A DNA stretch of 64,000 nucleotides from an uncultured Clostridia bacterium (GCA_934149275.1 CAKPEG010000004.1:1806-65805); one strand, 5' to 3'. Positions 18,111 through 28,797 are shown, numbered from the stretch's first letter. Translations and numbers: made by a program. The notes: a model not told the origin generated them from the letters alone.

Positions 18111-18986
18111 ATGTATAAAACATTATCCATTATTGGAGGAGATTTAAGAATAGTCAATTTAATTGACCTATTGGCTAAAGATGACTTTTTAATATATACA
18201 TATGGATTAGAAAATTCTGAAGACTTAGAGGAAAAAGAAAATATCAAAAGATGTGCAAGTTTAGCAGAACTTGTAGGAAGCTCAGAAATAATTATAGGGC
18301 CACTTCCTATGACAAATGATTCTGAAAATATTAGTGCACCATTTTCTGATGAGAAAATACCAATAGATGAACTAATAAAAGAAATGTCAAACAAAAATAA
18401 AATGTTTTTTGCTGGTAAACTATCAGAAAAAACAATTGAAAAATTACAAGAAGGAAATATAAAATATATAGATTTACTAAAACGTGAAGAACTAGTTGTA
18501 TTAAATACAATAGCAACAGCAGAAGGAACAATCCAAATTGCAATGGAGAACACACAAAGAACAATACATGGTAGCAATATTCTTATAATGGGATTTGGAA
18601 GAGTTGGAAAAGTTTTAGCAAAAATGTTAGATGGAATAGGTGCAAAAGTTTCATGCGAAGCCAGAAAAGATTCTGATATCGCATGGATAAAAGCATATGG
18701 ATATAATCCAATTCACTTAAGTGATTTAGATGGAGAACTTGGAAATTATGACATAATAATAAATACAATTCCATTTCAAATATTGGACGAAAATAGATTA
18801 CGCAATGTGAAAAAAGAATGTACAATAATTGATTTATCTTCAAACCCTGGAGGAGTTGATAGAAATGCAGCTAGAAGAATGGGATTGAAAATGATTTGGG
18901 CACTTTCATTACCTGGAAGAGTAGCACCAATGACATCAGCTGAGTTTATAAAGGAAACTTTATATCATATATTAAAAGAAATATAA
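18111..18986 (+). CDS. dpaA: dipicolinate synthase subunit A
   Basis: Colinear with SpoVFA: IIGGDLR, NTIATAEGTIQIAMENTQRTIHGS, GFGRVGK, INTIP, DLSSNPGG, LPGRVAP. Confidence 0.8.
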   Translation: MYKTLSIIGGDLRIVNLIDLLAKDDFLIYTYGLENSEDLEEKENIKRCASLAELVGSSEIIIGPLPMTNDSENISAPFSDEKIPIDELIKEMSNKNKMFFAGKLSEKTIEKLQEGNIKYIDLLKREELVVLNTIATAEGTIQIAMENTQRTIHGSNILIMGFGRVGKVLAKMLDGIGAKVSCEARKDSDIAWIKAYGYNPIHLSDLDGELGNYDIIINTIPFQILDENRLRNVKKECTIIDLSSNPGGVDRNAARRMGLKMIWALSLPGRVAPMTSAEFIKETLYHILKEI

Positions 18987-19004
18987 CAAAGGAGAAAGTA
19001 AAAA

Positions 19005-19802
19005 ATGACAGAAGTAGTAGAAGCAATAATATTGGGCGCTGTTCAAGGATTGACTGAATTATTACCAGTATCAAGTTCAGCACATTTATATTTATTATCA
19101 GAATTCTTTTTTAATTGGACAATATCAGATTCTTTTGACATTGCATTACATTTTGGAACATTGTTAGCAATTTGCATATTTTTCTTTAAGGATTGGATAA
19201 ATTTAATTAAAGGTGGATTTAACAAAGTATTTAAAAAAGAAGATTCAACAGAAGGAAGAATTTTCTGGGATATAGTTGCAGCGACAATACCAGCAGGAAT
19301 TATAGGATTGATATTTGAACATTACTTAGAGGGATATTTAAAGCAACCATTAATAGTGGCAACAGCATTAATAGTAATGGGTATTTTATTATATGTTGTT
19401 GATAAAAAATCAAAATCAGAAGTATCTTATGAAAATATGACTTTTAAACAAGCATTTTTAATAGGTATTTCACAAGTATTAGCATTCATTCCAGGTGTTT
19501 CAAGATCAGGAGCTACAATAACTGTAGGAAGAGCTCTAAAAGTAGATAGAGAAAGCGTTGCAAAATACACATTTTTATTATCTACACCTATAGTTTTTGC
19601 AGCAACAATTTTAAAAATATTTGATTTTCAATTTTCAGTTGCATTTTTTGCAGGAGTATTAACAAGTTTTCTTGTTGGATTAGTAGTAATTAAATTTTTA
19701 ATGGAATTTATTAAAAAAAGAAGTTTTAAAGTTTTTGCAATTTATAGAGTTTTACTAGGTATAGTTGTTTATATAACATTTTTTGTTAGAATGATGCATT
19801 AA
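19005..19802 (+). CDS. uppP: undecaprenyl-diphosphate phosphatase
   Basis: Motifs GAVQGLTELLPVSSSAH and PGVSRSGATI. Confidence 0.92.
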   Translation: MTEVVEAIILGAVQGLTELLPVSSSAHLYLLSEFFFNWTISDSFDIALHFGTLLAICIFFFKDWINLIKGGFNKVFKKEDSTEGRIFWDIVAATIPAGIIGLIFEHYLEGYLKQPLIVATALIVMGILLYVVDKKSKSEVSYENMTFKQAFLIGISQVLAFIPGVSRSGATITVGRALKVDRESVAKYTFLLSTPIVFAATILKIFDFQFSVAFFAGVLTSFLVGLVVIKFLMEFIKKRSFKVFAIYRVLLGIVVYITFFVRMMH

Positions 19803-19821
19803 AAATAACAAGGAGAAAAGA

Positions 19822-20670
19822 ATGGAAATAATTGATGGAAAAAAATTAGCTAAAACTACAAGAGAAAATTTAAGGCTAGAAGTTGAAGAACTAAAGGAAA
19901 ATGGAATTAATCCAAAATTAGCAGTAATTATGGTTGGAAATAATAGTGCATCACAAATATATGTACGAAATAAAAGTAGAGCATGTGATGAAGTGGGAAT
20001 AGAATTTGAGGAGTATTTATTACCTGCAACTACAGAGCAAAGTGAACTATTAAATTTAATTGATAAATTAAATAAGCAAGAAGATATAAACGGTATATTG
20101 TTACAAAGTCCTATTCCAGATGGATTAGATATAAATGAAGCATTTAGAAAAATATCACCAGAAAAAGATGTTGATGGATTTCATCCAGTAAACGTTGGTA
20201 AATTAGTATTAGGGCAAGACACATTTGTATCATGTACACCATATGGAATAATGAGAATGTTTGAAGCATATAACATTGATTTAGAGGGGAAAAATGCAGT
20301 TGTAATAGGAAGAAGCAATATAGTTGGAAAACCAATGAGTCATTGTTTATTAAATAAAAATGCAACAGTAACAATATGTCATTCAAGAACAAAGAATTTA
20401 GCCGAAATCACAAAAAGAGCAGATATATTAGTAGCGGCAATTGGAAAAGCTGAATTCGTAAAGGCAGACATGGTTAAAGAAGGTGCAGTAGTTATTGATG
20501 TCGGAATAAATAGAACAGAAGAAGGTAAACTAAAAGGCGACGTTGATTTCGAAAACGTAAGTAAAAAAGCAAGTTACATAACACCAGTTCCAGGCGGAGT
20601 TGGACCAATGACAATAGCTATGCTTATGAACAACGTTGTAAAAGCAGCTAAAATGCAAAATAAAAAATAG
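19822..20670 (+). CDS. folD: bifunctional methylenetetrahydrofolate dehydrogenase / methenyl-THF cyclohydrolase
   Basis: Motifs YVRNKSRAC, GILLQSPIP, DVDGFHP, GRSNIVGKP, PVPGGVGPMT. Confidence 0.95.
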   Translation: MEIIDGKKLAKTTRENLRLEVEELKENGINPKLAVIMVGNNSASQIYVRNKSRACDEVGIEFEEYLLPATTEQSELLNLIDKLNKQEDINGILLQSPIPDGLDINEAFRKISPEKDVDGFHPVNVGKLVLGQDTFVSCTPYGIMRMFEAYNIDLEGKNAVVIGRSNIVGKPMSHCLLNKNATVTICHSRTKNLAEITKRADILVAAIGKAEFVKADMVKEGAVVIDVGINRTEEGKLKGDVDFENVSKKASYITPVPGGVGPMTIAMLMNNVVKAAKMQNKK

Positions 20671-20738
20671 GGGAATAGAAGTTTAAAAACTTCAAAAATA
20701 TATTGAGGGCCAAATAAAAGTGAAAGGATTTGAAAGAT

Positions 20739-21590
20739 ATGATCTACTTAATTTGGCTCTCAATTTTAGATTTTAAGCCAATAGAAAAATTACAATTAAT
20801 ACAAATAATAGGAACACCACAAAAGATTTTTAATTTAACAGAAAAACAATTAAGAGAGTATACAAACTCAGAAGAAATTATTAAGAAAATAATGAACAGT
20901 GAAAAAAGACAAAAAGCCGAAGAAATTTTGAACAAAATGGAAAGAGAAAATATAAGAATAATAACTTTGATGGACAAAACATATCCGAAAAATTTACAAA
21001 GAATTTATGACAAACCAATATTGTTATATGCAAAAGGAAATACAAATCTTTTAAAAAGTTTAAAAAAGATATCAATTATAGGTTCAAGAAATTGTTCAGA
21101 GTATGGAAAAATAGTAACTCAAAAATTGAGTTATATGCTAGCCAAGAAGGATTATACAATAGTTAGTGGAATGGCAAAAGGAATAGACAGCTATGCACAT
21201 AAAGGCACATTGACAGCCAAAGGAAATACAATAGCAATACTAGGTTCAGGCGTTAATTATATATATCCAGAAGAAAATAAAAGATTGTACAATAAAATAT
21301 TAGAACAGAATGGTTTAATTTTATCAGAATATGGTATAGATACAAAACCAATTCCAGAATATTTTCCAGCAAGAAACAGATTAATAAGTGGAATATCAGA
21401 TAAAATATTAATAACAGAAGCAAGCAGAAAAAGCGGAACAATGATAACTGCAAATTTTGCAATCGAACAAGGAAAAACAGTATATGCGGTACCAGGAAAT
21501 ATAACCAGTACAAGATCTGAAGGAACAAATGAATTAATAAAAGACGGAGCAATTTTAGTAAACTCACTTGAAGATATAACAGATTTATAG
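20739..21590 (+). CDS. dprA: DNA-processing protein DprA
   Basis: Motifs GSRNCSEYG, SGMAKGIDSYAHKG, FPARNRLISG. The ATG at 20739 is favoured over the TTG at 20730 by RBS spacing. Confidence 0.85.
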   Translation: MIYLIWLSILDFKPIEKLQLIQIIGTPQKIFNLTEKQLREYTNSEEIIKKIMNSEKRQKAEEILNKMERENIRIITLMDKTYPKNLQRIYDKPILLYAKGNTNLLKSLKKISIIGSRNCSEYGKIVTQKLSYMLAKKDYTIVSGMAKGIDSYAHKGTLTAKGNTIAILGSGVNYIYPEENKRLYNKILEQNGLILSEYGIDTKPIPEYFPARNRLISGISDKILITEASRKSGTMITANFAIEQGKTVYAVPGNITSTRSEGTNELIKDGAILVNSLEDITDL

Positions 21591-21631
21591 TATTATCTTA
21601 AAAGAGTCAGTAAAAAGAAAGGATGATGAAA

Positions 21632-22405
21632 ATGAAAGTTCTTGCAGTAGGAGATTTAATAGGAACAGCTGGATTAAAGAAATTAGAAAAAGAATATAAA
21701 AGAATAAAAGACGATGAAAATATAGATTTCTGTATAGTAAATGCAGAAAACGTTGCTGAAGGAATGGGAATAACGGAAAAAGCATTTCAAGCATTATTAA
21801 GACTAAATGTAGATTGCATAACAATGGGAAATCACACATGGGCAAAAAAAGATATATTCAATTTTATAGATAATCCAAAACTTATCAGACCAGCAAATTA
21901 TCCAAAGAATAATCCAGGAAAAGGATATCAAATTTTTGAATGTAAAGGAAAGAAAATTGCTGTTATAAATTTAATAGGTAGAGTAACTATGAATGTGTTA
22001 AGTGAAAACCCATTTATAACAGCAGAAGAAATAGTAGATAAAATAAAAGATACAGTAGATATGATATTCATAGATTTCCATGCAGAAGCAACAGCAGAAA
22101 AATTAGCATTAGGATATTTATTAGATGGAAAAGTAACAGCTGTATTCGGTACACATACTCATGTTCAAACAGCTGATGAAAGAATTATGAAAAACGGAAC
22201 AGCATATATAACAGATTTAGGAATGACAGGACCAAAAGAATCTGTTATAGGAATGAGTGTTGAAGTTTCTAAAAAAAGATTTTTAACATCATTACCAGAA
22301 AGATATAAAATTGCAGATGGTGAAGCAAAATTGAACGGTTGCATATTTGAAATAAATGATGAAACGTGTCGACCAATAAATGTAAAAAGAATAAATATAG
22401 AATAA
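21632..22405 (+). CDS. ymdB: YmdB-family (TIGR00282) metallophosphoesterase
   Basis: Motifs MKVLAVGDLIG, NAENVAEGMG, GNHTW, DFHAEATAEK, GTHTHVQTADE. Confidence 0.9.
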   Translation: MKVLAVGDLIGTAGLKKLEKEYKRIKDDENIDFCIVNAENVAEGMGITEKAFQALLRLNVDCITMGNHTWAKKDIFNFIDNPKLIRPANYPKNNPGKGYQIFECKGKKIAVINLIGRVTMNVLSENPFITAEEIVDKIKDTVDMIFIDFHAEATAEKLALGYLLDGKVTAVFGTHTHVQTADERIMKNGTAYITDLGMTGPKESVIGMSVEVSKKRFLTSLPERYKIADGEAKLNGCIFEINDETCRPINVKRINIE

Positions 22406-22535
22406 ATGTCGAAAAACATAAAAAGCGGTCATACGATTATTCCAGTTTTTGCCATAAATCTATAGACAATCGAATAACAATGTTATATAAAAGTATATGT
22501 CAATGTTACAAATAAAAAAAATAGGAGGCCAAAAA

Positions 22536-22799
22536 ATGGAAGTTTTAAAAATTTCATCAAAATCAAATCCAAATTCAGTTGCAGGAGCAATTGCAGGATT
22601 AGTAAAGGAAACTACAAAAGCAGAAATGCAAGCAATAGGAGCAGGAGCTTTAAATCAAGCTATAAAGGCGGTGGCAATAGCCAGAGGGTTTGTTGCACCA
22701 TCAGGAGTTGACCTAATTTGCATACCAGCTTTTGCGGAGGTCCAAGTAGAAGGTGAAGATAGGACCGGAATAAAGCTTATAATTGAATCAAGAAAATAA
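22536..22799 (+). CDS. spoVS: stage V sporulation protein S
   Basis: MEVLKISSKSNPNSVAGAIAG...QAIGAGALNQAIKAVAIARGF. AGGAGG RBS upstream. Confidence 0.93.
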   Translation: MEVLKISSKSNPNSVAGAIAGLVKETTKAEMQAIGAGALNQAIKAVAIARGFVAPSGVDLICIPAFAEVQVEGEDRTGIKLIIESRK

Positions 22800-22804
22800 A
22801 TTTT

Positions 22805-22829
22805 AGGGGCTACAATCAGTAGTCCCTTT
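22805..22829 (+). terminator. intrinsic terminator after spoVS
   Basis: Stem AGGGGCTAC / GTAGTCCCT followed by TTT. Confidence 0.6.
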
Positions 22830-22845
22830 ATTAATTATAGAAAAA

Positions 22846-22969
22846 GAAAATATTATATTTGGTTTTTGAGTGACGCGCAGTTTGAAAGTTTTTCCCTAAC
22901 CTTCTAAACGAAGTTTAGTAGGTGGGAAAATATTTTAGCAAGGAACGAAAAAATAAATATAATATTTTC
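22846..22969 (+). repeat. Family-A palindromic MITE-like repeat, copy A3
   Basis: TIRs GAAAATATTATATTTGGTTTTT / AAAAAATAAATATAATATTTTC. Outer flanks are TTAATTATAGAAAAA and TCAACAAT. Confidence 0.9.
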
Positions 22970-23077
22970 TCAACAATAAATAATAATACGCATTAGCTTT
23001 AGCACAAAATAACAATCATAGTCTTGAAACAAAAATAAAAATAGTATATTATAATCAAAGATGAAACGAGGTGAAAA

Positions 23078-24682
23078 ATGAAAAAAATAAATATATTCAA
23101 ATACATATTTATTATTGTAATAATTATATTAGCAATAGTTACTTATTCAATATATAAAAAAGATAAATCTAACCCAGAGAAAAAATCAGTAACCCAAGAA
23201 ACAGAGGATACAACTAATGTGGTAAAAGAATTGCGATTAGCAATATCACAGATGGATACGATAAATCCAATAATAAGTAAAAATAAACATGTCCAAGAGA
23301 TAAGTAAAATAGTATTTGACTCATTAATAGAACTTAAAGAAGATTATTCAAAAGAATATGCATTAGCAACTGAAGTTTCAAAAACAGATGATGTTACATA
23401 TGTCATAAAATTAAGAGAAAATGTTAAATGGTCAGATGGTTCAGATTTTAAAGCAGAAGATGTTAAATACACAATAGAACTATTAAGAAATATAGATTCA
23501 GTTTACACCGGAAACGTTCAAAACATCGTAGCTATAGATATTATTGATGACCACACATTAAGATTTACTTTAAATCAAAATGTTCCATTTTTTGAATATA
23601 ATTTAACATTTCCAATAATGTCATCCGAATATTATAAAGATACAGATTTTGCAAATTCAGATAAAACGAACTTGCCACTTGGAACAGGAATGTTTAAAAT
23701 AAAATCTTTTGATGAAAAAGTTATAAGCTTAGAAAAAAATACAGACTATTGGAATACAGAAAAAAATAGTGTATTAGAACAGATAAATATAAACATTTAT
23801 CAAACAATGGGAGAAGTATATAATGACTTTAAAAATGGTAATGTCGATTGTATAAACACATCACAAAACAGTGTTAATCAAAATATTGGAACAATTGGTT
23901 TTGCTTCATTAGAGTTTGATAGTAAAGATTATGACTATGTTGCTTTTAATTCAAACAATACATATTTGGCGAGTGCAAATGTTAGAAAAGCTTTATCATA
24001 TTACATAGATAAAAACAATACAATTGCAAGTAGCTATGGAAATGGATATAGGGTTTCAGATTTCCCATTGGATTATGGAAATTTTTTATATACAAATGAT
24101 TTAATCGATAATGGATATAATTCTGGAGCAGCAGGCAGTTTATTAGCAACGGATGGATGGAGTTTTAAAAATAATTCATGGCAAAAATTAATAGGTAATA
24201 AATATGTGAGATTAGCATTCACATTAACAGTAAATGGAGATAATGCAATTAGTGTATCAGTCGCAGAAAATCTTAGACAACAGTGGGCTAACTCAGGAAT
24301 AGCTGTAACAATTAGAAAAGTATCATCGCAAAATTATTATAATTTAATCAATTCACGAAATGGATATGATGCAATACTAATGAACATTAGCAATTCATTT
24401 ACGCCAAACATAAATACTTATGTAGGATCAGGAAATATTTCAAACTATAATAATGACGAGATAAATCAGTTAATAACAGATTCAAGTAATATGGATGACA
24501 CAAATCAAATAAAAGAAAATTATAAGAGAATAATTCAGATATACAATGATGAAAAGCCATTTATGAGCATAGCTAGAAAAAGAAATCTACTAGTTTATAA
24601 CACAAATCTAACTGGAAACTTAAAACCAACTCCATATAATATATATAATTATATTGAAAAATGGTATCGAAAAAATTATTAA
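23078..24682 (+). CDS. family-5 (OppA/DppA-like) ABC transporter substrate-binding protein, TM-anchored, orphan
   Basis: 534 aa with an N-terminal hydrophobic anchor and no lipobox Cys. SBP_bac_5-like blocks are present (LRLAISQMDTINPI, VKWSDGSDFKAEDVKYT). No permease or ATPase gene is adjacent. Confidence 0.7.
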   Translation: MKKINIFKYIFIIVIIILAIVTYSIYKKDKSNPEKKSVTQETEDTTNVVKELRLAISQMDTINPIISKNKHVQEISKIVFDSLIELKEDYSKEYALATEVSKTDDVTYVIKLRENVKWSDGSDFKAEDVKYTIELLRNIDSVYTGNVQNIVAIDIIDDHTLRFTLNQNVPFFEYNLTFPIMSSEYYKDTDFANSDKTNLPLGTGMFKIKSFDEKVISLEKNTDYWNTEKNSVLEQININIYQTMGEVYNDFKNGNVDCINTSQNSVNQNIGTIGFASLEFDSKDYDYVAFNSNNTYLASANVRKALSYYIDKNNTIASSYGNGYRVSDFPLDYGNFLYTNDLIDNGYNSGAAGSLLATDGWSFKNNSWQKLIGNKYVRLAFTLTVNGDNAISVSVAENLRQQWANSGIAVTIRKVSSQNYYNLINSRNGYDAILMNISNSFTPNINTYVGSGNISNYNNDEINQLITDSSNMDDTNQIKENYKRIIQIYNDEKPFMSIARKRNLLVYNTNLTGNLKPTPYNIYNYIEKWYRKNY

Positions 24683-24764
24683 AAAGTATTGACAAAAAAA
24701 ATATATAATATATAATAAAACAAACAAACATTTGGAAAACAAAAATTTGTAAGGAGAGAGAAAA

Positions 24765-25811
24765 ATGAAAGAAAACGATGAAAAGAGAAAAGCCCTAGAT
24801 GCAGCAATGGGACAAATAGAAAAACAATTTGGAAAAGGTTCTGTAATGAAATTAGGAGAGTTCAAAGCAATGGAAGTTGAAGCAATTCCAACAGGAGCCT
24901 TAACACTAGACGTTGCACTTGGAATAGGAGGAATTCCAAAGGGAAGAATAATAGAAATATTTGGTCCAGAATCATCAGGAAAAACAACACTTGCACTTCA
25001 TGCAATAGCTGAATCTCAAAAAGCTGGAGGAACAGCAGCATTTATAGATGCAGAACATGCATTAGATCCAGTATATGCAAAGAAGCTAGGCGTAGATATA
25101 GATAACTTAATAGTTTCACAACCCGATACAGGTGAACAAGCATTAGAAATAACAGAAGCATTAGTAAGAAGTGGTGCTATAGACATAATAGTAGTAGACT
25201 CTGTTGCAGCATTAGTCCCAAAGGCTGAAATAGATGGAGATATGGGAGATACACATGTTGCATTACAAGCTAGACTAATGTCACAAGCTTTAAGAAAATT
25301 AGCAGGAGTTTTAAATAAATCAAAAACAGCAATAATATTTATTAACCAATTAAGAGAAAAAGTTGGTATTATGTTTGGAAATCCTGAAACAACACCAGGT
25401 GGAAGAGCATTAAAATTCTATGCATCTGTTCGTTTAGATATAAGAAGAATAGAAAATATTAAACAAGATGGCGAAGTTATAGGAAATAGAACAAGGGTTA
25501 AAGTTGTAAAAAATAAAGTTGCTCCTCCTTTCAGAGAAGCAGAATTTGATATTCTATATGGAGAAGGAATATCTAAAGAAGGAAGCATTTTAGATTTAGC
25601 AGTTAACCTAGATATAATAGATAAAAGTGGTGCTTGGTTTAGTTATAATGGTGCAAAGATTGGTCAAGGAAGAGAAAACGTAAAAAGATACTTAAAAGAA
25701 AATCCAAAAATATTAGCAGAAATTGAACAAAAAATTAGAGATAACTATAGCAAAGCATTTGAACAAGCTTTAGATGAAAATGCGCCAGAAGAAAAAGAAG
25801 ACGAAGAATAA
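24765..25811 (+). CDS. recA: recombinase RecA
   Basis: Walker [10 protein letters not shown], plus [13 protein letters not shown] and [20 protein letters not shown]. Confidence 0.98.
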   Translation: MKENDEKRKALDAAMGQIEKQFGKGSVMKLGEFKAMEVEAIPTGALTLDVALGIGGIPKGRIIEIFGPESSGKTTLALHAIAESQKAGGTAAFIDAEHALDPVYAKKLGVDIDNLIVSQPDTGEQALEITEALVRSGAIDIIVVDSVAALVPKAEIDGDMGDTHVALQARLMSQALRKLAGVLNKSKTAIIFINQLREKVGIMFGNPETTPGGRALKFYASVRLDIRRIENIKQDGEVIGNRTRVKVVKNKVAPPFREAEFDILYGEGISKEGSILDLAVNLDIIDKSGAWFSYNGAKIGQGRENVKRYLKENPKILAEIEQKIRDNYSKAFEQALDENAPEEKEDEE

Positions 25812-25831
25812 TTAAAAAAATATGTTATAGA

Positions 25832-25872
25832 AAGTTTGCCAAAAGGTTATACAAATTAGGCAAACTTTCTTA
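25832..25872 (+). terminator. intrinsic terminator after recA
   Basis: Stem AAGTTTGCC / GGCAAACTT followed by TCTT. Confidence 0.6.
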
Positions 25873-26066
25873 TGATATTTGGTAGATGAATTAAAACAAA
25901 TCTGAAAAATTTCAAATTTCAATATTTACTATATGTTTTAAAATTGAAATTTTAATAATTTGTTTACATGAAAAAAATATGAAATAAATATGAAATAAAT
26001 ATAGCAAAATATAAAGAAAGGAACTAATCAATTATTAAATAGATTAGATAAATTATACAGAACTAT

Positions 26067-26513
26067 ATGGATTTGGAAAGATTAGAAAAAGTTGATAAAT
26101 TAAAAACAAAAATATTAAAATATATTTTTTATAAAAAAAGAACTGAAAAAGAAATACTAGAAAAATTTAAAAACGAAGATAGTGATATTTTAGATGAGAC
26201 TATTGAAAACTTGAAAGAATTAGGATATATTAATGATGAAAAATATGTTGAAAGATTTATGCATGAAGCAATTGCGTTAAAGAATTTATCAATTTTTGAA
26301 TTAAAATATAAATTATATTCAAAAGGTGCAAAAGAATCAGCAATAGATGACTATATATCTAAAAATGAAGAAATGCTTGAAGAATATGAAGTATTATCAG
26401 CACGCAACATAGTGAACAAGAAGAAAAATACACAAGAGATGCAAGATATAATTTTATACTTGAAAAAGAAAAGATATAGACCAGAAACAATAAATAAAAT
26501 AAGTAGGGAGTAA
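26067..26513 (+). CDS. recX: RecX-like regulatory protein (short)
   Basis: Lies after recA and has helical repeats with (E/D)KYVERF and LKYKLYSKG patterns. No clear RBS, and at 148 aa it is shorter than typical RecX. Confidence 0.5.
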   Translation: MDLERLEKVDKLKTKILKYIFYKKRTEKEILEKFKNEDSDILDETIENLKELGYINDEKYVERFMHEAIALKNLSIFELKYKLYSKGAKESAIDDYISKNEEMLEEYEVLSARNIVNKKKNTQEMQDIILYLKKKRYRPETINKISRE

Positions 26514-26514
26514 C

Positions 26515-27270
26515 ATGGGAATATTAACACTTGAAACAAATAAATATGCACTTAAATTAGAAAATTTTGAGGGACCATTAGATTTATTATGTCATTTAAT
26601 AGACAAGAATAAAATGGATATATATGATGTTAAATTATCTGAAATAGCAGATCAATACATTGAATATATAAACGAAATGGAAAAACAAAATCTTGATGTA
26701 ACAAGTGAATTTCTTCTAATTGCAAGCACACTAGTTTTTCTTAAATCAAAAGAATTACTGCCTAAAGAAACAGAAGATGAGGCAGAATTAACAGAAGAAG
26801 AATTATTAAGAAGAATTATAGAATATAAAAAATATAAAGAAATGTCTAAAAAATTTAAGGAAATGTTTCTTGAAAATAATAAAAGATTTTATAATTTACC
26901 ATTACAAATAGAATTACCAAAACAAAAAATAGAAAAAGAATATTCATCAGAATTGTTATATAAAAATTATAAAAGATTAATAGAAAATAGAGAAGCTCGT
27001 ATAAATAAAAATGCTGAAAATATTGAGAAAATTGCTATTACAGATACATACACAGTAACTAGTAAAGTAAAAGAAATATTTAGAGCACTTTCAAAAAAGC
27101 CTAAAATTGTATTTAATAAAATGTTTTCAGTAAAGACTAAGCCCAAAGCTGAAGTAGTTACAGCATTCACGGGATTACTAGAATTAACAAGAAGAAGCAA
27201 AGTAACTGCTACACAAGAAGAACTATTTGGCGATATTATTGTAGAAAAAAATGCAAGAAAAAAAGAATAA
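26515..27270 (+). CDS. scpA: segregation and condensation protein A
   Basis: FEGPLDLLCHLIDKNKMDIYDVKLSEIADQY. AGGGAG RBS upstream. Confidence 0.9.
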   Translation: MGILTLETNKYALKLENFEGPLDLLCHLIDKNKMDIYDVKLSEIADQYIEYINEMEKQNLDVTSEFLLIASTLVFLKSKELLPKETEDEAELTEEELLRRIIEYKKYKEMSKKFKEMFLENNKRFYNLPLQIELPKQKIEKEYSSELLYKNYKRLIENREARINKNAENIEKIAITDTYTVTSKVKEIFRALSKKPKIVFNKMFSVKTKPKAEVVTAFTGLLELTRRSKVTATQEELFGDIIVEKNARKKE

Positions 27271-27301
27271 TAAAAATAAGGTATATGGAAAAAATAGTAT
27301 T

Positions 27302-27826
27302 ATGAAAATATTTATCATAATACTATTTTTTATTTTAATAATATTATTATCAATCACAGTATGCATTGATATAGAAAAATTAGAAATATACAATGGAAAA
27401 ACAGTTTTTAAGATAAAATTAAAAATATATATTTTTAAATATATAAAAATATTTCAGAAGAAAATTCATAAAAAAGATATTATAAAAATGATAGAAAATA
27501 TGTCAAAGGAAAATATAATCAAAGACGAAAAAATAATTAGAAAAATAAAATATACTTTTAGTGATATGAATATAAATGTTGAATATGGAATTAGAAATGT
27601 ATTACTCAATACGTACACATATGGAATAATTAATATGATAATTCCGATATTTTTAGCACAAAAAGGCACAAACAATATTGAATATAATATAACTACAAAT
27701 TTTAGAAAAAAATTTATAAGTATACAAGCTAGAGGAAAAATTCAAGTACAGATTTTAGAAAATATAATAAAATTATTCAAACAAAATGTAGTAAAACTGA
27801 ACAAGAAAAAAATTTGTTTTAGGTAG
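27302..27826 (+). CDS. DUF2953 (YtfI-like) membrane protein
   Basis: N-terminal TM segment followed by a very AT-rich K/I-rich body. It occupies the position next to scpA usually held by ytfI-like genes. Confidence 0.5.
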   Translation: MKIFIIILFFILIILLSITVCIDIEKLEIYNGKTVFKIKLKIYIFKYIKIFQKKIHKKDIIKMIENMSKENIIKDEKIIRKIKYTFSDMNINVEYGIRNVLLNTYTYGIINMIIPIFLAQKGTNNIEYNITTNFRKKFISIQARGKIQVQILENIIKLFKQNVVKLNKKKICFR

Positions 27827-28002
27827 AAAAATTGTACTAGTATAAAATTTAATATGCAATTTGTGAACCTATCAGGTTATTTTTAGCATACATTAATGCA
27901 ATAAAAATTAGAATTAACTATATGATTAATAAAAAATAGAACTACATCGTATAAATGAGAGAAGAGCTCTGACTCATTAGAATCAGAGCTCCCAACTTCT
28001 TG

Positions 28003-28698
28003 TTACTTATTTTTTTCATCTGGGTAAAATATTTTTTGCAATACGTCTAGGAGAGTTGCACCATTTGTAGCAACTACTCGTGCCAAACAATAAGGGCCAT
28101 AAAATACCAATGCTTCGGTTGCCCACATTTTTTTACTCTTCACAACGTCAGCAGATACAGGTTTATCCTCTTTAATCATTGCTGAGAGCTGAGCAAGCGT
28201 CATTTTGTTTGGTATTTTGCTTTTCGGAATAGCTGGACAATGATAGTCAATAGTTAGTGTATAACTTTTACTACAATTGAGCCAATACCGAGCTGGTTTA
28301 ATAGGTAGATTAAATACTCCACCTAAGACCAAGTTATCAATAGTTACTTTTTCTCCAACTGAAGTTGGATTCCAGCGTGGCTGCCCAGGAAAGCGACCGC
28401 AATTTTTGATGACCGTGTTAATACTGTCAGTATATTCAGCCATTTCATCAGGAAGATATTGAACATATCCAGCATCCTGAAAGGATGAGATAATATCAAA
28501 AAACTTTACTGAATATCTAATGACACCCTTGGCATCATCAGCTGGAAAATTACCAAGCTTAACTAAGTCATTAAACATTTTCTTTAAACGCTTGAATTCA
28601 GCAGGTGAATTAAGTGCAATGTTTTTCTGTCTAACAATGTTAGCTATCCGCTCATTACGAATACAATACTTATTATAGTCTTTTTTTGTTCTAGGCAT
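28003..28698 (-). CDS. hypothetical protein (orphan, G+C-richer islet)
   Basis: 231 aa from ATG 28698, preceded by an AGGAGG RBS. Hand counts over 28261-28440 give roughly 33-45% G+C per 60-nt line, well above neighbouring DNA. I recognise no family. Confidence 0.55.
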   Translation of the reverse strand: MPRTKKDYNKYCIRNERIANIVRQKNIALNSPAEFKRLKKMFNDLVKLGNFPADDAKGVIRYSVKFFDIISSFQDAGYVQYLPDEMAEYTDSINTVIKNCGRFPGQPRWNPTSVGEKVTIDNLVLGGVFNLPIKPARYWLNCSKSYTLTIDYHCPAIPKSKIPNKMTLAQLSAMIKEDKPVSADVVKSKKMWATEALVFYGPYCLARVVATNGATLLDVLQKIFYPDEKNK

Positions 28699-28797
28699 AA
28701 AGTGCACCTCCTAAAAATAAGTTGTTATATTACTGAGTAACAATTTCATTATACTCCAAAATACGGAAAAAATCAACCGAATGCAGAAAGTACAGCG

